Of a DNA stretch of 64,000 bases, positions 1 through 8,746 are shown piece by piece (the stretch's first letter is position 1; every line of letters starts with the position of its first letter). Source of the stretch: an uncultured delta proteobacterium (GTDB taxonomy: Bacteria > Desulfobacterota > Desulfobacteria > Desulfobacterales > Desulfatirhabdiaceae); assembly GCA_963789395.1 (NCBI GenBank), contig CAWBKP010000011.1:224001-288000 (forward strand). Reading direction: 5' to 3'. The notes below the pieces were generated by a model. It saw nothing but the letters and a program-made list of their open reading frames with translations, made no database searches and was not told where the DNA came from. The position numbers were made by a program, and so were the translations under genes.

Positions 1-172
1 ATGTAAACGAATTCTCTCTGAACCGGCGAGCAAAAGCTGCTCTTGCTTCCGCATAAGAAACGATTGACGTCGCCGTAGCCTCTGAAGACCTTACCAGGGT
101 TTCAATTTTCAGAGAGTCCTCTTCTTCCATGTATAATTTCACAAGGCTGCTCGTATCCAGATACAAGATCAC
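1..172 (-). CDS. vapC: VapC/PIN-domain toxin (3' part outside window)
   Basis: Read by hand on the minus strand: GTG start overlapping the antitoxin TGA (GTGA), translating (M)ILYLDTSSLVKLYMEEEDS...TSIVSYAEARAAFARR, a typical PIN N-terminus. Confidence 0.85.
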   Translation of the reverse strand, partial: MILYLDTSSLVKLYMEEEDSLKIETLVRSSEATATSIVSYAEARAAFARRFRENSFT

Positions 173-438
173 CGCCGGTCCTCGACAACAGCGCTGGATA
201 CGCTCATTCCTTTGGAAACTATCCGGCTCGGCATGCCCTCCGGCCTCCCACCGGACCAAGAGGCCAAGCCACGCTGGATGAATTGATACAATTTTTCTTC
301 TCCAGCTTTTATACCGATGGGCATTATTATCGCTACGTCATTTTTTCGATCTGTTACAATGATCCTCTCACCGGCCCTGACTTTTTTCATATAGCGGCTC
401 ATGTTTTCTTTTAATTCTCTGATACCGATTCTTTCCAT
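169..438 (-). CDS. Phd/YefM family antitoxin
   Basis: MERIGIRELKENMSRYMKKVRAGERIIVTDR pattern; AGGAG RBS before ATG at 438; coupled to the PIN gene. Confidence 0.88.
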   Translation of the reverse strand: MERIGIRELKENMSRYMKKVRAGERIIVTDRKNDVAIIMPIGIKAGEEKLYQFIQRGLASWSGGRPEGMPSRIVSKGMSVSSAVVEDRR

Positions 439-733
439 AATGCTACTCCTCAAACGGATATATCTACATAATGAGGTCACATTATAATTTATGTTACCTC
501 ATTCGTCAAGACATGCATTGAGGATAGGTCGGGCCAATATAACTATATGAACCTACATATAAAACACCTGTTGACAGGGCTTTTTTTTGAGCTTAAAAGT
601 GAAAATTGGCCATCGAAACGGCCCCTCTGAGCCTTACAACGCCTTTTCTCGGCGCATTTATAGTTAAATTTTATTGTGATAGCTCTGGTCCGAGCCAGAT
701 TTCGGGTCAAGTTAAAAAATGATAAATATAAAT

Positions 734-894
734 AAATCGAAATACGAAGCACGAAATCCGAAACAATGACCAAAAACTTAATGTTCAAAACGGTGAGTTT
801 CATCCATTTCCAATATTATAATTTTGAATTTAAAATTTGTTTCGGATTTCGATATTCAAATTTCGGATTTTACCTGAACGACCTTTCCGTTCAG
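734..894. repeat. Family A heptad-periodic inverted-repeat element (complete) with terminal CTGAAC..GTTCAG hairpin
   Basis: Arms CGAAATCCGAAACAA ... TTGTTTCGGATTTCG; related copies elsewhere in the window. Confidence 0.8.
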
Positions 895-922
895 ACAGAA
901 AGCTTCTTATGGGAAGTCTCTT

Positions 923-1565
923 ATGAAAAAACCCCGCGTCCTGCTTGCCGATGATCACAGAATCGTGCTTGAGGGCCTGCGCAGCCTTCTGGAACCCGAG
1001 TTCGATATCGTCGGGAATGGTCGAGGACGGCCAGGCCCTGGTCACAGAAGCCCTGCGTCTGCGCCCGGATCTGGTGGTGGTGGATATCTCGATGCCGATG
1101 CTGAATGGAATCGATGCGGCGATTCAGCTTAAAAAATCAGATGCCCGCATCCGGGTTGTCTTTCTAACCATGCATGCCGATGTCGAATACGCAGCAAGCG
1201 CTTTTGCGGCCGGCGCTTCCGGGTTTGTACTGAAGCACTCTGCGCCCAGTGAGCTGATCACGACGCTCCGGGCGGCCATGCGCGGCGGCGCCTATGCAAC
1301 CTCCGCCATTTCCGGTGAATTCATCGACTCCGATCGTCAGAAAGTGAACGAACCGGAAGAATCAAAGATCGCACTGAGCCCCCGGCAAAGAGAGGTTTTG
1401 CAACTCCACGCCCGGGGAAAATCCGCCAAGGAAATTGCATCGCTATTGCATATTTCCACAAGAACCGTCGAATTTCACAAGTACCGGATGATGGAAACGC
1501 TTAACATAAAAACCAGCGCAGAATTGATCCAATTTGCCGTCAAGTGCGGACTTGCTGCAATATAG
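923..1565 (+). CDS. NarL/LuxR-family response regulator (frameshift near 1015)
   Basis: MKKPRVLLADDHRIVLEGL joins to PDLVVVDISMP...LSPRQREVLQL...TVEFHKYRMM HTH. Confidence 0.9.
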
Positions 1566-1567
1566 CA

Positions 1568-1685
1568 CCTGAACGGAAAAACCGTTCAGGCGAAATTCGA
1601 AATCCGAATATCGAAATTTGAAACAATGACCAAAATCCCAATGTTCAAAACAGTGAATTCCAGCCTTTCCTCTTTTTGAATTTGG
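1568..1685. repeat. Family A element (hairpin plus left arm)
   Basis: CCTGAACGGAAAACCGTTCAGG followed by CGAAATTCGAAATCCGAATATCGAAATTTGAAACAATGACCAAA. Confidence 0.75.
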
Positions 1686-2011
1686 GTCAGCCATATATCA
1701 GCCGGCAACCGTGAATGCTTCCATTCAGAGATCAGCCATCCTCCCTGATAATTTCTTTCAAACCTAGTATATTTCACTAGTTTACAATCACCTGGCGACT
1801 TCGTATAGTTTTAAAAAATAATAAAGACATGGCGGATATCGATTCAACATCCATGACGATCAGGGGTTCACAGGCTACCGCTATAATAAGCTGGACCTTT
1901 CCCGTTTGAAAACGGCGTCACGCTTGAGGTGGATTTGGACTGCCAGGCGGTCCCGACATCGGTAGATAAATTCTAGTCTACCGATCCGGAATTTTTCGAT
2001 AGAGGAGAGAC

Positions 2012-2422
2012 ATGCGATGCAACCTTGTAATTCTTGCTGACCAGAATCCCGGCTTTCTCGAAGGCGTTCGCAGGATGCTTGAAACAGTGGCGGAATCGGT
2101 ACTGATGGTGTCAGATGAATCTTCGATGATGCAAGCCGTGAACCGGACATCCCCCGATCTGGTGATTGCAGATCTTTCCCTTCCGGTTTCCGGAGCTGGA
2201 AACATCGTTCGGATGATCAAGAATCGTCACCCGGACATCCGGGTCATCGTCCTGAGCATGCATGATGAACGGACAGTGGTGAATACGGTAATGGATTCGG
2301 GTGCCGAAGGGTTCGTTTTGAAACGGCGGGCGGCAGTTGATCTGCTTCCGGCGATAGCCGCCGTCTGCCGGGGGCAAATTTTCGTATCACCGGACATTGT
2401 AACGGAGGCAGTTCTGTCATAG
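2012..2422 (+). CDS. Single-domain response regulator receiver protein
   Basis: VILADQ...PDLVIADLSLP...VLSMH...GFVLK receiver motifs; no output domain. Confidence 0.85.
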   Translation: MRCNLVILADQNPGFLEGVRRMLETVAESVLMVSDESSMMQAVNRTSPDLVIADLSLPVSGAGNIVRMIKNRHPDIRVIVLSMHDERTVVNTVMDSGAEGFVLKRRAAVDLLPAIAAVCRGQIFVSPDIVTEAVLS

Positions 2423-2518
2423 GTTACATATTATCATGAGAGGAAATACTATCTGTTGCAAATTTACAATTATCAGGCATTTTCAGTCGTCACATCCAAC
2501 AAAAAGGAGAAGAAAATC

Positions 2519-3106
2519 ATGAAAAAAATCAGACTGCACATCGTAAAAACATTCGTTTTGTCAATACTCTGCCTGGGCATTGCCGCCTGCGCGTCAGCTC
2601 CTTTATCACCGTCCGACATAACCGAGCAGCGGGATTCCCTGCGGGATATGGCGAATCAGGCGCTTACCCAGCTTTACAGCAACAATCCTGGTGCACAGAG
2701 CGTGGTGACGACCGCTGCGGGCTATGCGGTCTTCAGCGATTTCGGCTTCAAGCTCATTTACGCGGGCGGCGCCAAGGGCAAGGGTATTGCAGTGAACAAC
2801 GCCACCGGCCAGGAAACCTTCATGAAGATGATGGAGCTCCAGCCCGGACTGGGTCTGGGAGCCGAGAAGTTCTGGGTGGTGTTTGTTTTCGAGACTCCCG
2901 CCGCATTCAATAAATTTGTGACTTCCGGCTGGGAGGCCGGCGCCAATGCCATGGTGGCGGCCATGAGCCAGACACAGGGCGCTGCACTCGCCGGGGCCGT
3001 TTCGGTATCGCAGGACGTGTATATGTACCAGCTCACTGAACAAGGGCTTATGGTCGGCATCAGCGTCACGGGCGCCAAGTACTACAGGGATACGGATCTC
3101 AATTAA
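2519..3106 (+). CDS. YSC84/SYLF-like lipid-binding lipoprotein, copy 1
   Basis: Lipobox IAAC; GYAVF...GGAKGKG...GLGLG...YQLTEQGLMVGISVTGAKY; AGGAG RBS. Confidence 0.8.
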   Translation: MKKIRLHIVKTFVLSILCLGIAACASAPLSPSDITEQRDSLRDMANQALTQLYSNNPGAQSVVTTAAGYAVFSDFGFKLIYAGGAKGKGIAVNNATGQETFMKMMELQPGLGLGAEKFWVVFVFETPAAFNKFVTSGWEAGANAMVAAMSQTQGAALAGAVSVSQDVYMYQLTEQGLMVGISVTGAKYYRDTDLN

Positions 3107-3211
3107 GATTCAATCGCAAACTTTTTTCGGATGGCGGCGCTGTTCTGCTCTGGTGGTTCGGTGACCAAAAGCCGTTCTCACATCAATTTTAATTATCGAA
3201 AGGAGAAATAC

Positions 3212-3697
3212 ATGAGTACACTGGTAGTTATCGGTTATGACAATGAGTTCAAGGCGGAAGAAGTCCGGTTGACGCTGCGCAAGCTGCAGAAGGATTATTT
3301 AATCGATCTTGAAGATGCGGTGGTGGCGGTAAAGGATGCCAAGGGAAAGGTCAAACTGCACCAGGCGATCAACCTGACCGCGGCCGGGGCTGTCGGCGGC
3401 GGCTTCTGGGGATCGTTGATCGGCCTTATTTTCCTGAATCCGCTCCTCGGGGCAGCGGTCGGCGCCACGGCAGGGGCGGTATCCGGCGCTCTGTCCGACA
3501 TCGGAATCAACGACAAGTTCATGAAGGATCTGGCGGCCAGCCTTAACCCCGGCAGCTCCGCACTGTTTGTCCTGGTGCGCAAGGCCACACCGGACAAAGT
3601 GCTTGAGGAGCTCGAGGGAACCGGAGGCAAGGTGATTAAGACCTCGCTTTCCCATGACGACGAAGCCAAGCTTCAGGCCGCGCTGAGCGGGGCCTGA
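3212..3697 (+). CDS. DUF1269 family membrane protein with glycine zipper
   Basis: DLEDAVVAVKD...GAVGGGFWGSLIGLIFLNPLLGAAVGA...DIGIND...PGSSALFVL. Confidence 0.85.
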   Translation: MSTLVVIGYDNEFKAEEVRLTLRKLQKDYLIDLEDAVVAVKDAKGKVKLHQAINLTAAGAVGGGFWGSLIGLIFLNPLLGAAVGATAGAVSGALSDIGINDKFMKDLAASLNPGSSALFVLVRKATPDKVLEELEGTGGKVIKTSLSHDDEAKLQAALSGA

Positions 3698-3798
3698 AGC
3701 CAATGATTTTCCGCTGACCGGAGACCTGTCTCTTCCAGAACCAGGTCTCCGGCGACGAGAAGGTCGATGTTGCAACACCATAGGAGAAGATACCGGAC

Positions 3799-3999
3799 AT
3801 GACACACCATACGCACAAACATTCGACCGAAAAGCCACAGACCGGCAGGCAACTGCATAAGAGATGGGAGGTCTGGACAGTCGTCGCCTTGATGCTGGCA
3901 GCAATGATGTTCTATGTAGGCAGTATGGATGAATCCGTCTGGCCGAGGGCCTGGCAGGGAAACAAGGTCCCGGCGTCAAAAGCGGCCCCGGCCCGATAG
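3799..3999 (+). CDS. Small single-TM hypothetical protein
   Basis: GGAG RBS; WTVVALMLAAMMFYVGSMDES hydrophobic segment. Confidence 0.55.
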   Translation: MTHHTHKHSTEKPQTGRQLHKRWEVWTVVALMLAAMMFYVGSMDESVWPRAWQGNKVPASKAAPAR

Positions 4000-4116
4000 G
4001 TTTGAAGCAAGTTCGGCAGTACAGTGGGCGAATCGCTTAGGGCGCCAGGAGACGGGAAGAACGCACGGCAAAAGCATAAGAGCCGACATGGTTAATACCG
4101 AAGAAGGAGACAGAGT

Positions 4117-6662
4117 ATGAAAAGTCATTCAATCATGAAACGAACCACCATTGGTCTTCTCATCGCTGTTGTCATGCTGGCCATTTCCATGTTCGGCTGC
4201 GCCAATCAGATGGTTCAGCCGTCGACAAGGGATGATGGGGCGTCCACGAGTATGGCTGAGGCAAATACTTCCGCTCCTGCTGAAGCACCATCCGACCCCT
4301 GGCCCCGCGATGTCACAATGAATAATGCCGACGCGCTGATCTACCAGCCGCAGGTCGAATCGTGGACCGGCAACCGGATGGCGTGGCGTGTTGCCGTGGC
4401 CTTGCGCATTGGCGCCAGCAAGGACGAAACCTTCGGCGTTATCAGAGGCACCTCACGCACCGAGGTGGATCGCAGCACGCGCACTGTAACGCTGCGGGAT
4501 ATAGAAGTTGCCTCGATCCATTTCCCCACCCTGCCCGATAGCGGCCTTTCCTATCTGCCGGAAATACAGCGCTCTCTCGATGGTGCGCTGGAGACCATGG
4601 CGCTTGACAGCGTTGAGACCTCGCTTGCCGCCTCTGAAGCAGTGAAGCAGGTAGCCCATGCGGTGAAGAACGATCCGCCGAATATCGTCGTTGCCTACAC
4701 GCCGACGATTCTGCTTCCCATTGACGGTGCGCCGGTGCTCAAACCTTTGCCGGACACGGGGTTCAACCGCGTGATCAACACCAGCGCGATGCTCGTGCGT
4801 TCACAAGCTGACGACAACTGGTATCTGCATCTGTACGATGGCTGGCTGGTCGCCCCATCACTTGACGGACCATGGACGACGACTCTCGTGTCGCAGGAAC
4901 TGATCAATGCCGCACAAAAGCTGGAAAAAAACGGGACCGTCGATTTTATGGATGGTGGGCCAAAGGCCAATCCGCGGCCGACTCTGGCCGATGGCGTGCC
5001 GAAAATCCTTGTCGGAACCGTTCCAACCGAACTGATCGTCTTCAAGGGGCAGCCCAATCTTGTGCCGGTGACCGGCACGCCACTCCTTTGGGCTACCAAC
5101 AGTGCGATTGACGTACTGGTTGACACCAACACCAATGATTATTATGCGCTGATTTCCGGCCGCTGGTTCAAGGCGCAGGGACTTGTTGGCCCGTGGGCAT
5201 TTGCCGCCAGCAATGCCCTGCCGGCTTATTTCAGCCAGATTCCGCCTGAAGGCTCGCCCGCCTCGGTGGTGCTGGCCTCGGTTGCGGGAACGCCTCAGGC
5301 CCAGGAGGCAATCATCGCCAATTCGATTCCGCAGACCGCCAGTGTGTTGATCGTGGGCGGTCCGGACTTCACCCCGGTATTCGATGGTGCGCCGGTATGG
5401 AGACCGATCGATGGCACTTCGCTTGAATATGTCGTCAATACCAGGGCTCCCCTGATCCGTGTCAGCCCTGACAGCTACTATGCGCTCCAGACCGGCGTCT
5501 GGTTCACAGCGACGTCATTGACCGGCCCCTGGGCGGTAGCCACCAGCGTTCCTTTGGCCATCTATTCCATTCCGGTTTCATCGCCCCTGCACTACGTGAC
5601 TTATGTGAGCGTTTACGGCAATACCACCAATGTGGTGTATGTGGGTTACACGCCGGGTTACTTCGGTACGGTGGTCGACACCGGCGGCACGGTGGTCTAT
5701 GGCACCGGCTACGCGTATTCCCCCTGGATCGGTTCGGTCTGGTACGCACCGCCGGTTACATATGGAATCATGGCAACGCCTATTTACAGTCCATACGTGG
5801 GCTTTACCTTTGGGTTTGCCGCCGCTTCCTGGTACCTGCCTTACTGGGGTTATGGCGGCGGGGGATATTACTACCCGGGATGGGGCTACGCCGGCTACGG
5901 TTGGGCCAGCGCCAATGTATACCGCAACTGGGGGACCGGCGTTTCGTGCGGTACCCGTGCCTGGTATGGCAGTGCCAACGGCACCTTCGGCACCTATGGC
6001 TATGGCGGCTATGCCACGGCCCGTGGAACGACCGGCAGCTACAACTTCCAGCGCAGCTACAACCCTTATACGGGGCGAGGTTCGCAGGGGTATAACCGCA
6101 GTTTCAACACTGCAACCGGAACGACCGGAAATGTGTCCCGCAGCGAGGGATTCAACACAGCGACGGGCCAGCGTGCCTACAGCTCCAGCGTATCCGCCAC
6201 CGCTGCCGGAGGCAGTTCGATCGACCGAAATGTCAATGCGACAGCCGGTCCGCAGGGCTACAGCCGCAATGCAAGCACGACCACTTATAACGCGCAGACG
6301 GGTGAAACCAAGACCTGGAACAATGGCGTGCCACAGAACACGCACTATGCCGGAGCCGATGGCAATGTCTACCGCAGCGATGGCAGCGGCGGCTGGCAGC
6401 AATATTCGGCAGCGGCTGGAACAGTGCTGCCGGCAATACCAACTGGGCCGACAACGAACAGCAGGCGCGCAGCCAGGCAAGCCAGCGCACCAGCAGCTGG
6501 AGTGGGGGCGGTGGCCGTTTCGGCGGTGATTTCGGAGGTGGCGGCTTCGGTGGGGACTTTGGCGGCGGCGGTTTCGGTGGTGGCAGTTTCTCCGACCGTT
6601 TTGGCGGTGGCGGTTTTGGTGGTAGAGGTTTTGGTGGGGGCGGTTTTGGAGGACGGCGCTGA
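4117..6662 (+). CDS. Large lipoprotein with three internal beta-repeats, a Pro/Tyr-rich region and a Gly/Phe-rich tail (frameshift near 6409)
   Basis: Lipobox MFGC; the alternative frame after ~6409 reads SGWNSAAGNTNWADNEQQAR...GGFGGDFGGGGFGG...GGRR with stop at 6660-6662. Confidence 0.75.
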
Positions 6663-6804
6663 GCCTTCGTTGGTTCAAGGATTAAACCATGCGGATATCA
6701 TGTGTTGCCAGCGTAATGGTGCCTCTGGTCAAGTCGGACATGACAAAAAATCAGGCAGATCCTGAAATGGAAATGCGTGTGAAGCCACAGAGGCGACAAA
6801 CATA

Positions 6805-7452
6805 ATGACCAATTTATTTGTTTATACAAAAATTATTTCAATGATTTTCGCAGCGCTCTTCCCGGTAGTCAATCCAATCGGGACCGCCCTTATCCTTTAC
6901 GGGATGACCAGAGGGGTTGACAATCAAACCTGGAAATCGATATCGAGAAAAATTGCACTGTATTCATTTCTTTTATTGTCTTTTTTCTTTTTTTTCGGCG
7001 GTTACATTCTCAAGCTATTTGGAATTTCCATCCCGGTTGTTCAACTCTCGGGAGGAATTACATTGGCAATGATGGGATGGGGACTTTTGAACCAAAAGGA
7101 GACATCCACTCCTGCATCCGAAGCGGGTAGTCCGCGCTCCCTAATTGAGCTAAAAACTTTTTATCCCTTTACCTTTCCCCTGACAATAGGTCCGGGAGGG
7201 CTGGCAGTTGTTTTGACCTTTAGCGCTCATTTAAACCGTGAGTCCAAGTTCATTCTAACGATGGAACAAGTTTCTGCGATCATTGGAATATTCTTGATAT
7301 GTGTAACTGTCTCTTTTTGCTACCGCAATCTTAATTTTATGACCGAGAAATTTTCAGCTGCTGCCGCTTTGGCGATATCGAAAATTCTTGCCTTTTTTGT
7401 GCTTTGCATTGGTGTTGAGATAGCCTGGGCAGGCATTAAGGCTCTTAAATAA
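6805..7452 (+). CDS. marC: MarC family membrane protein
   Basis: LFPVVNPIG, FGISIPVVQLSGG and FYPFTFPLTIGPG motifs; about 6 TM segments. Confidence 0.88.
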   Translation: MTNLFVYTKIISMIFAALFPVVNPIGTALILYGMTRGVDNQTWKSISRKIALYSFLLLSFFFFFGGYILKLFGISIPVVQLSGGITLAMMGWGLLNQKETSTPASEAGSPRSLIELKTFYPFTFPLTIGPGGLAVVLTFSAHLNRESKFILTMEQVSAIIGIFLICVTVSFCYRNLNFMTEKFSAAAALAISKILAFFVLCIGVEIAWAGIKALK

Positions 7453-7619
7453 AGTTGATCATCAAGCCGCAATCATGGACAAACCTAGCGGCAGGAGCAA
7501 AAAATGACAAGGACGAGTCCGTCCGGTGGCTACGCAAGCATCCTTCAACTTCAGGTCGACGTTTTTAAATCCAATATCATGTCTCAATTTTTCTAAAATA
7601 TGAGGAAAGGAGTTTGGTT

Positions 7620-7961
7620 ATGAAAAAGTTCTGTGTACTTCTGGCTCTTATTACCCTACTGACCGTGACGGGATGCGCCACCCAGGCCCAGTTTCTTAAC
7701 ACCAAACAGCCGATGGCAACGGAGACGGTTTTGAATCGGGCGCGATTCGAGATGAACTGCCCGACGGCGACCGCCACCATCATATCTCAGGAAGTCATCC
7801 AGCCCGCTCTCCAGGGGCCCTGGGTAAATGGGATTCAACGGGCCGAATATACTGTAGGGGTGGCCGGTTGCGGACAGCGTCACACCTATGTGGTGATCTG
7901 CCCGGATGGCGGTGATGGCTGCTATGCCGCAGGACCTGGTCCATTTCATTCAGGTTTTTAA
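7620..7961 (+). CDS. Small Cys-containing lipoprotein
   Basis: Lipobox VTGC; ARFEMNC...GVAGCGQR...VIC..GGDGC; AGGAG RBS. Confidence 0.75.
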   Translation: MKKFCVLLALITLLTVTGCATQAQFLNTKQPMATETVLNRARFEMNCPTATATIISQEVIQPALQGPWVNGIQRAEYTVGVAGCGQRHTYVVICPDGGDGCYAAGPGPFHSGF

Positions 7962-8018
7962 GATAAACGAATTTGATACCCATTAAAGAAAACACTAACA
8001 AAAAAGGAATCGAAGACA

Positions 8019-8605
8019 ATGAATTTAAACACTATGCGTATCCTAAAAGCATTGGCAATTGCAATACTCTGTTTAGGCATTGCGGCCTGCGCGACGACCC
8101 CATTACACCGTCCGATAAAGCAGAGCAGCAAGATTCCCTGCGCAATATGGCAAACCAGGCGCTTACCCAGCTTTACAGTAACAACCCCGGCGCCCAGAGC
8201 GTAGTGACCACAGCGTCCGGCTATGCGGTGTTCAGTGACATCGGATTCAAGCTCATCTATGCGGGCGGCTCCAAGGGCAAGGGCATTGCGGTGAACAACG
8301 CCACCGGCCAGGAAACCTTCATGAAGATGATGGAACTCCAGCCCGGCCTTGGTCTGGGAGCCGAGAAGTTCTGGCTGGTGTTTGTTTTCGAGACTCCAGC
8401 CGCGTTCAATAATTTTGTAACTTCCGGCTGGGAGGCAGGCGCCAATGCCATGCTGGCCGCCAAGAGCCAGACCAGGGGCGGCGCGATAGCAGGAGCCGTT
8501 ACGGTAGCGCAGGACGTGTATCTGTACCAGCTCACTGAAAAAGGGCTTATGGTCGGGATCAGTGTCACGGGCGCCAAGTACTCCAGGGATGAGGAACTCA
8601 ATTAA
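8019..8605 (+). CDS. YSC84/SYLF-like lipoprotein, copy 2 (frameshift near 8100)
   Basis: Near-identical to 2519-3106; signal peptide and lipobox IAAC in one frame, body in another. Confidence 0.8.
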
Positions 8606-8746
8606 AATGCAAGCACATAGCGGGAACGAGCATATAATCATAAGTTATTTTGCAAATAGCTATGATATCATAGATGATTTGGAATGTTTATCGTGATCAA
8701 AGAGGAGAGGCAGGCAAACTCTAATAACTTCTGTAAGGAGAAATCC

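Noticed and set aside
543..954. Short ORFs 543-803 and 766-954 (also 1443-1777, 38032-38265, 56890-57102)
   Set aside because: They are translations of the repeat elements, with no RBS or protein signature
1005..1025. Programmed frameshifting or phase variation in the response regulator and other split genes
   Set aside because: No consistent slippery site or long homopolymer; indels are scattered across unrelated genes, which fits assembly error
6663..6765. Ala/Val-rich hydrophobic C-terminus of the 882-aa ORF as a membrane anchor
   Set aside because: It is the out-of-frame reading of the GGN-rich glycine tail
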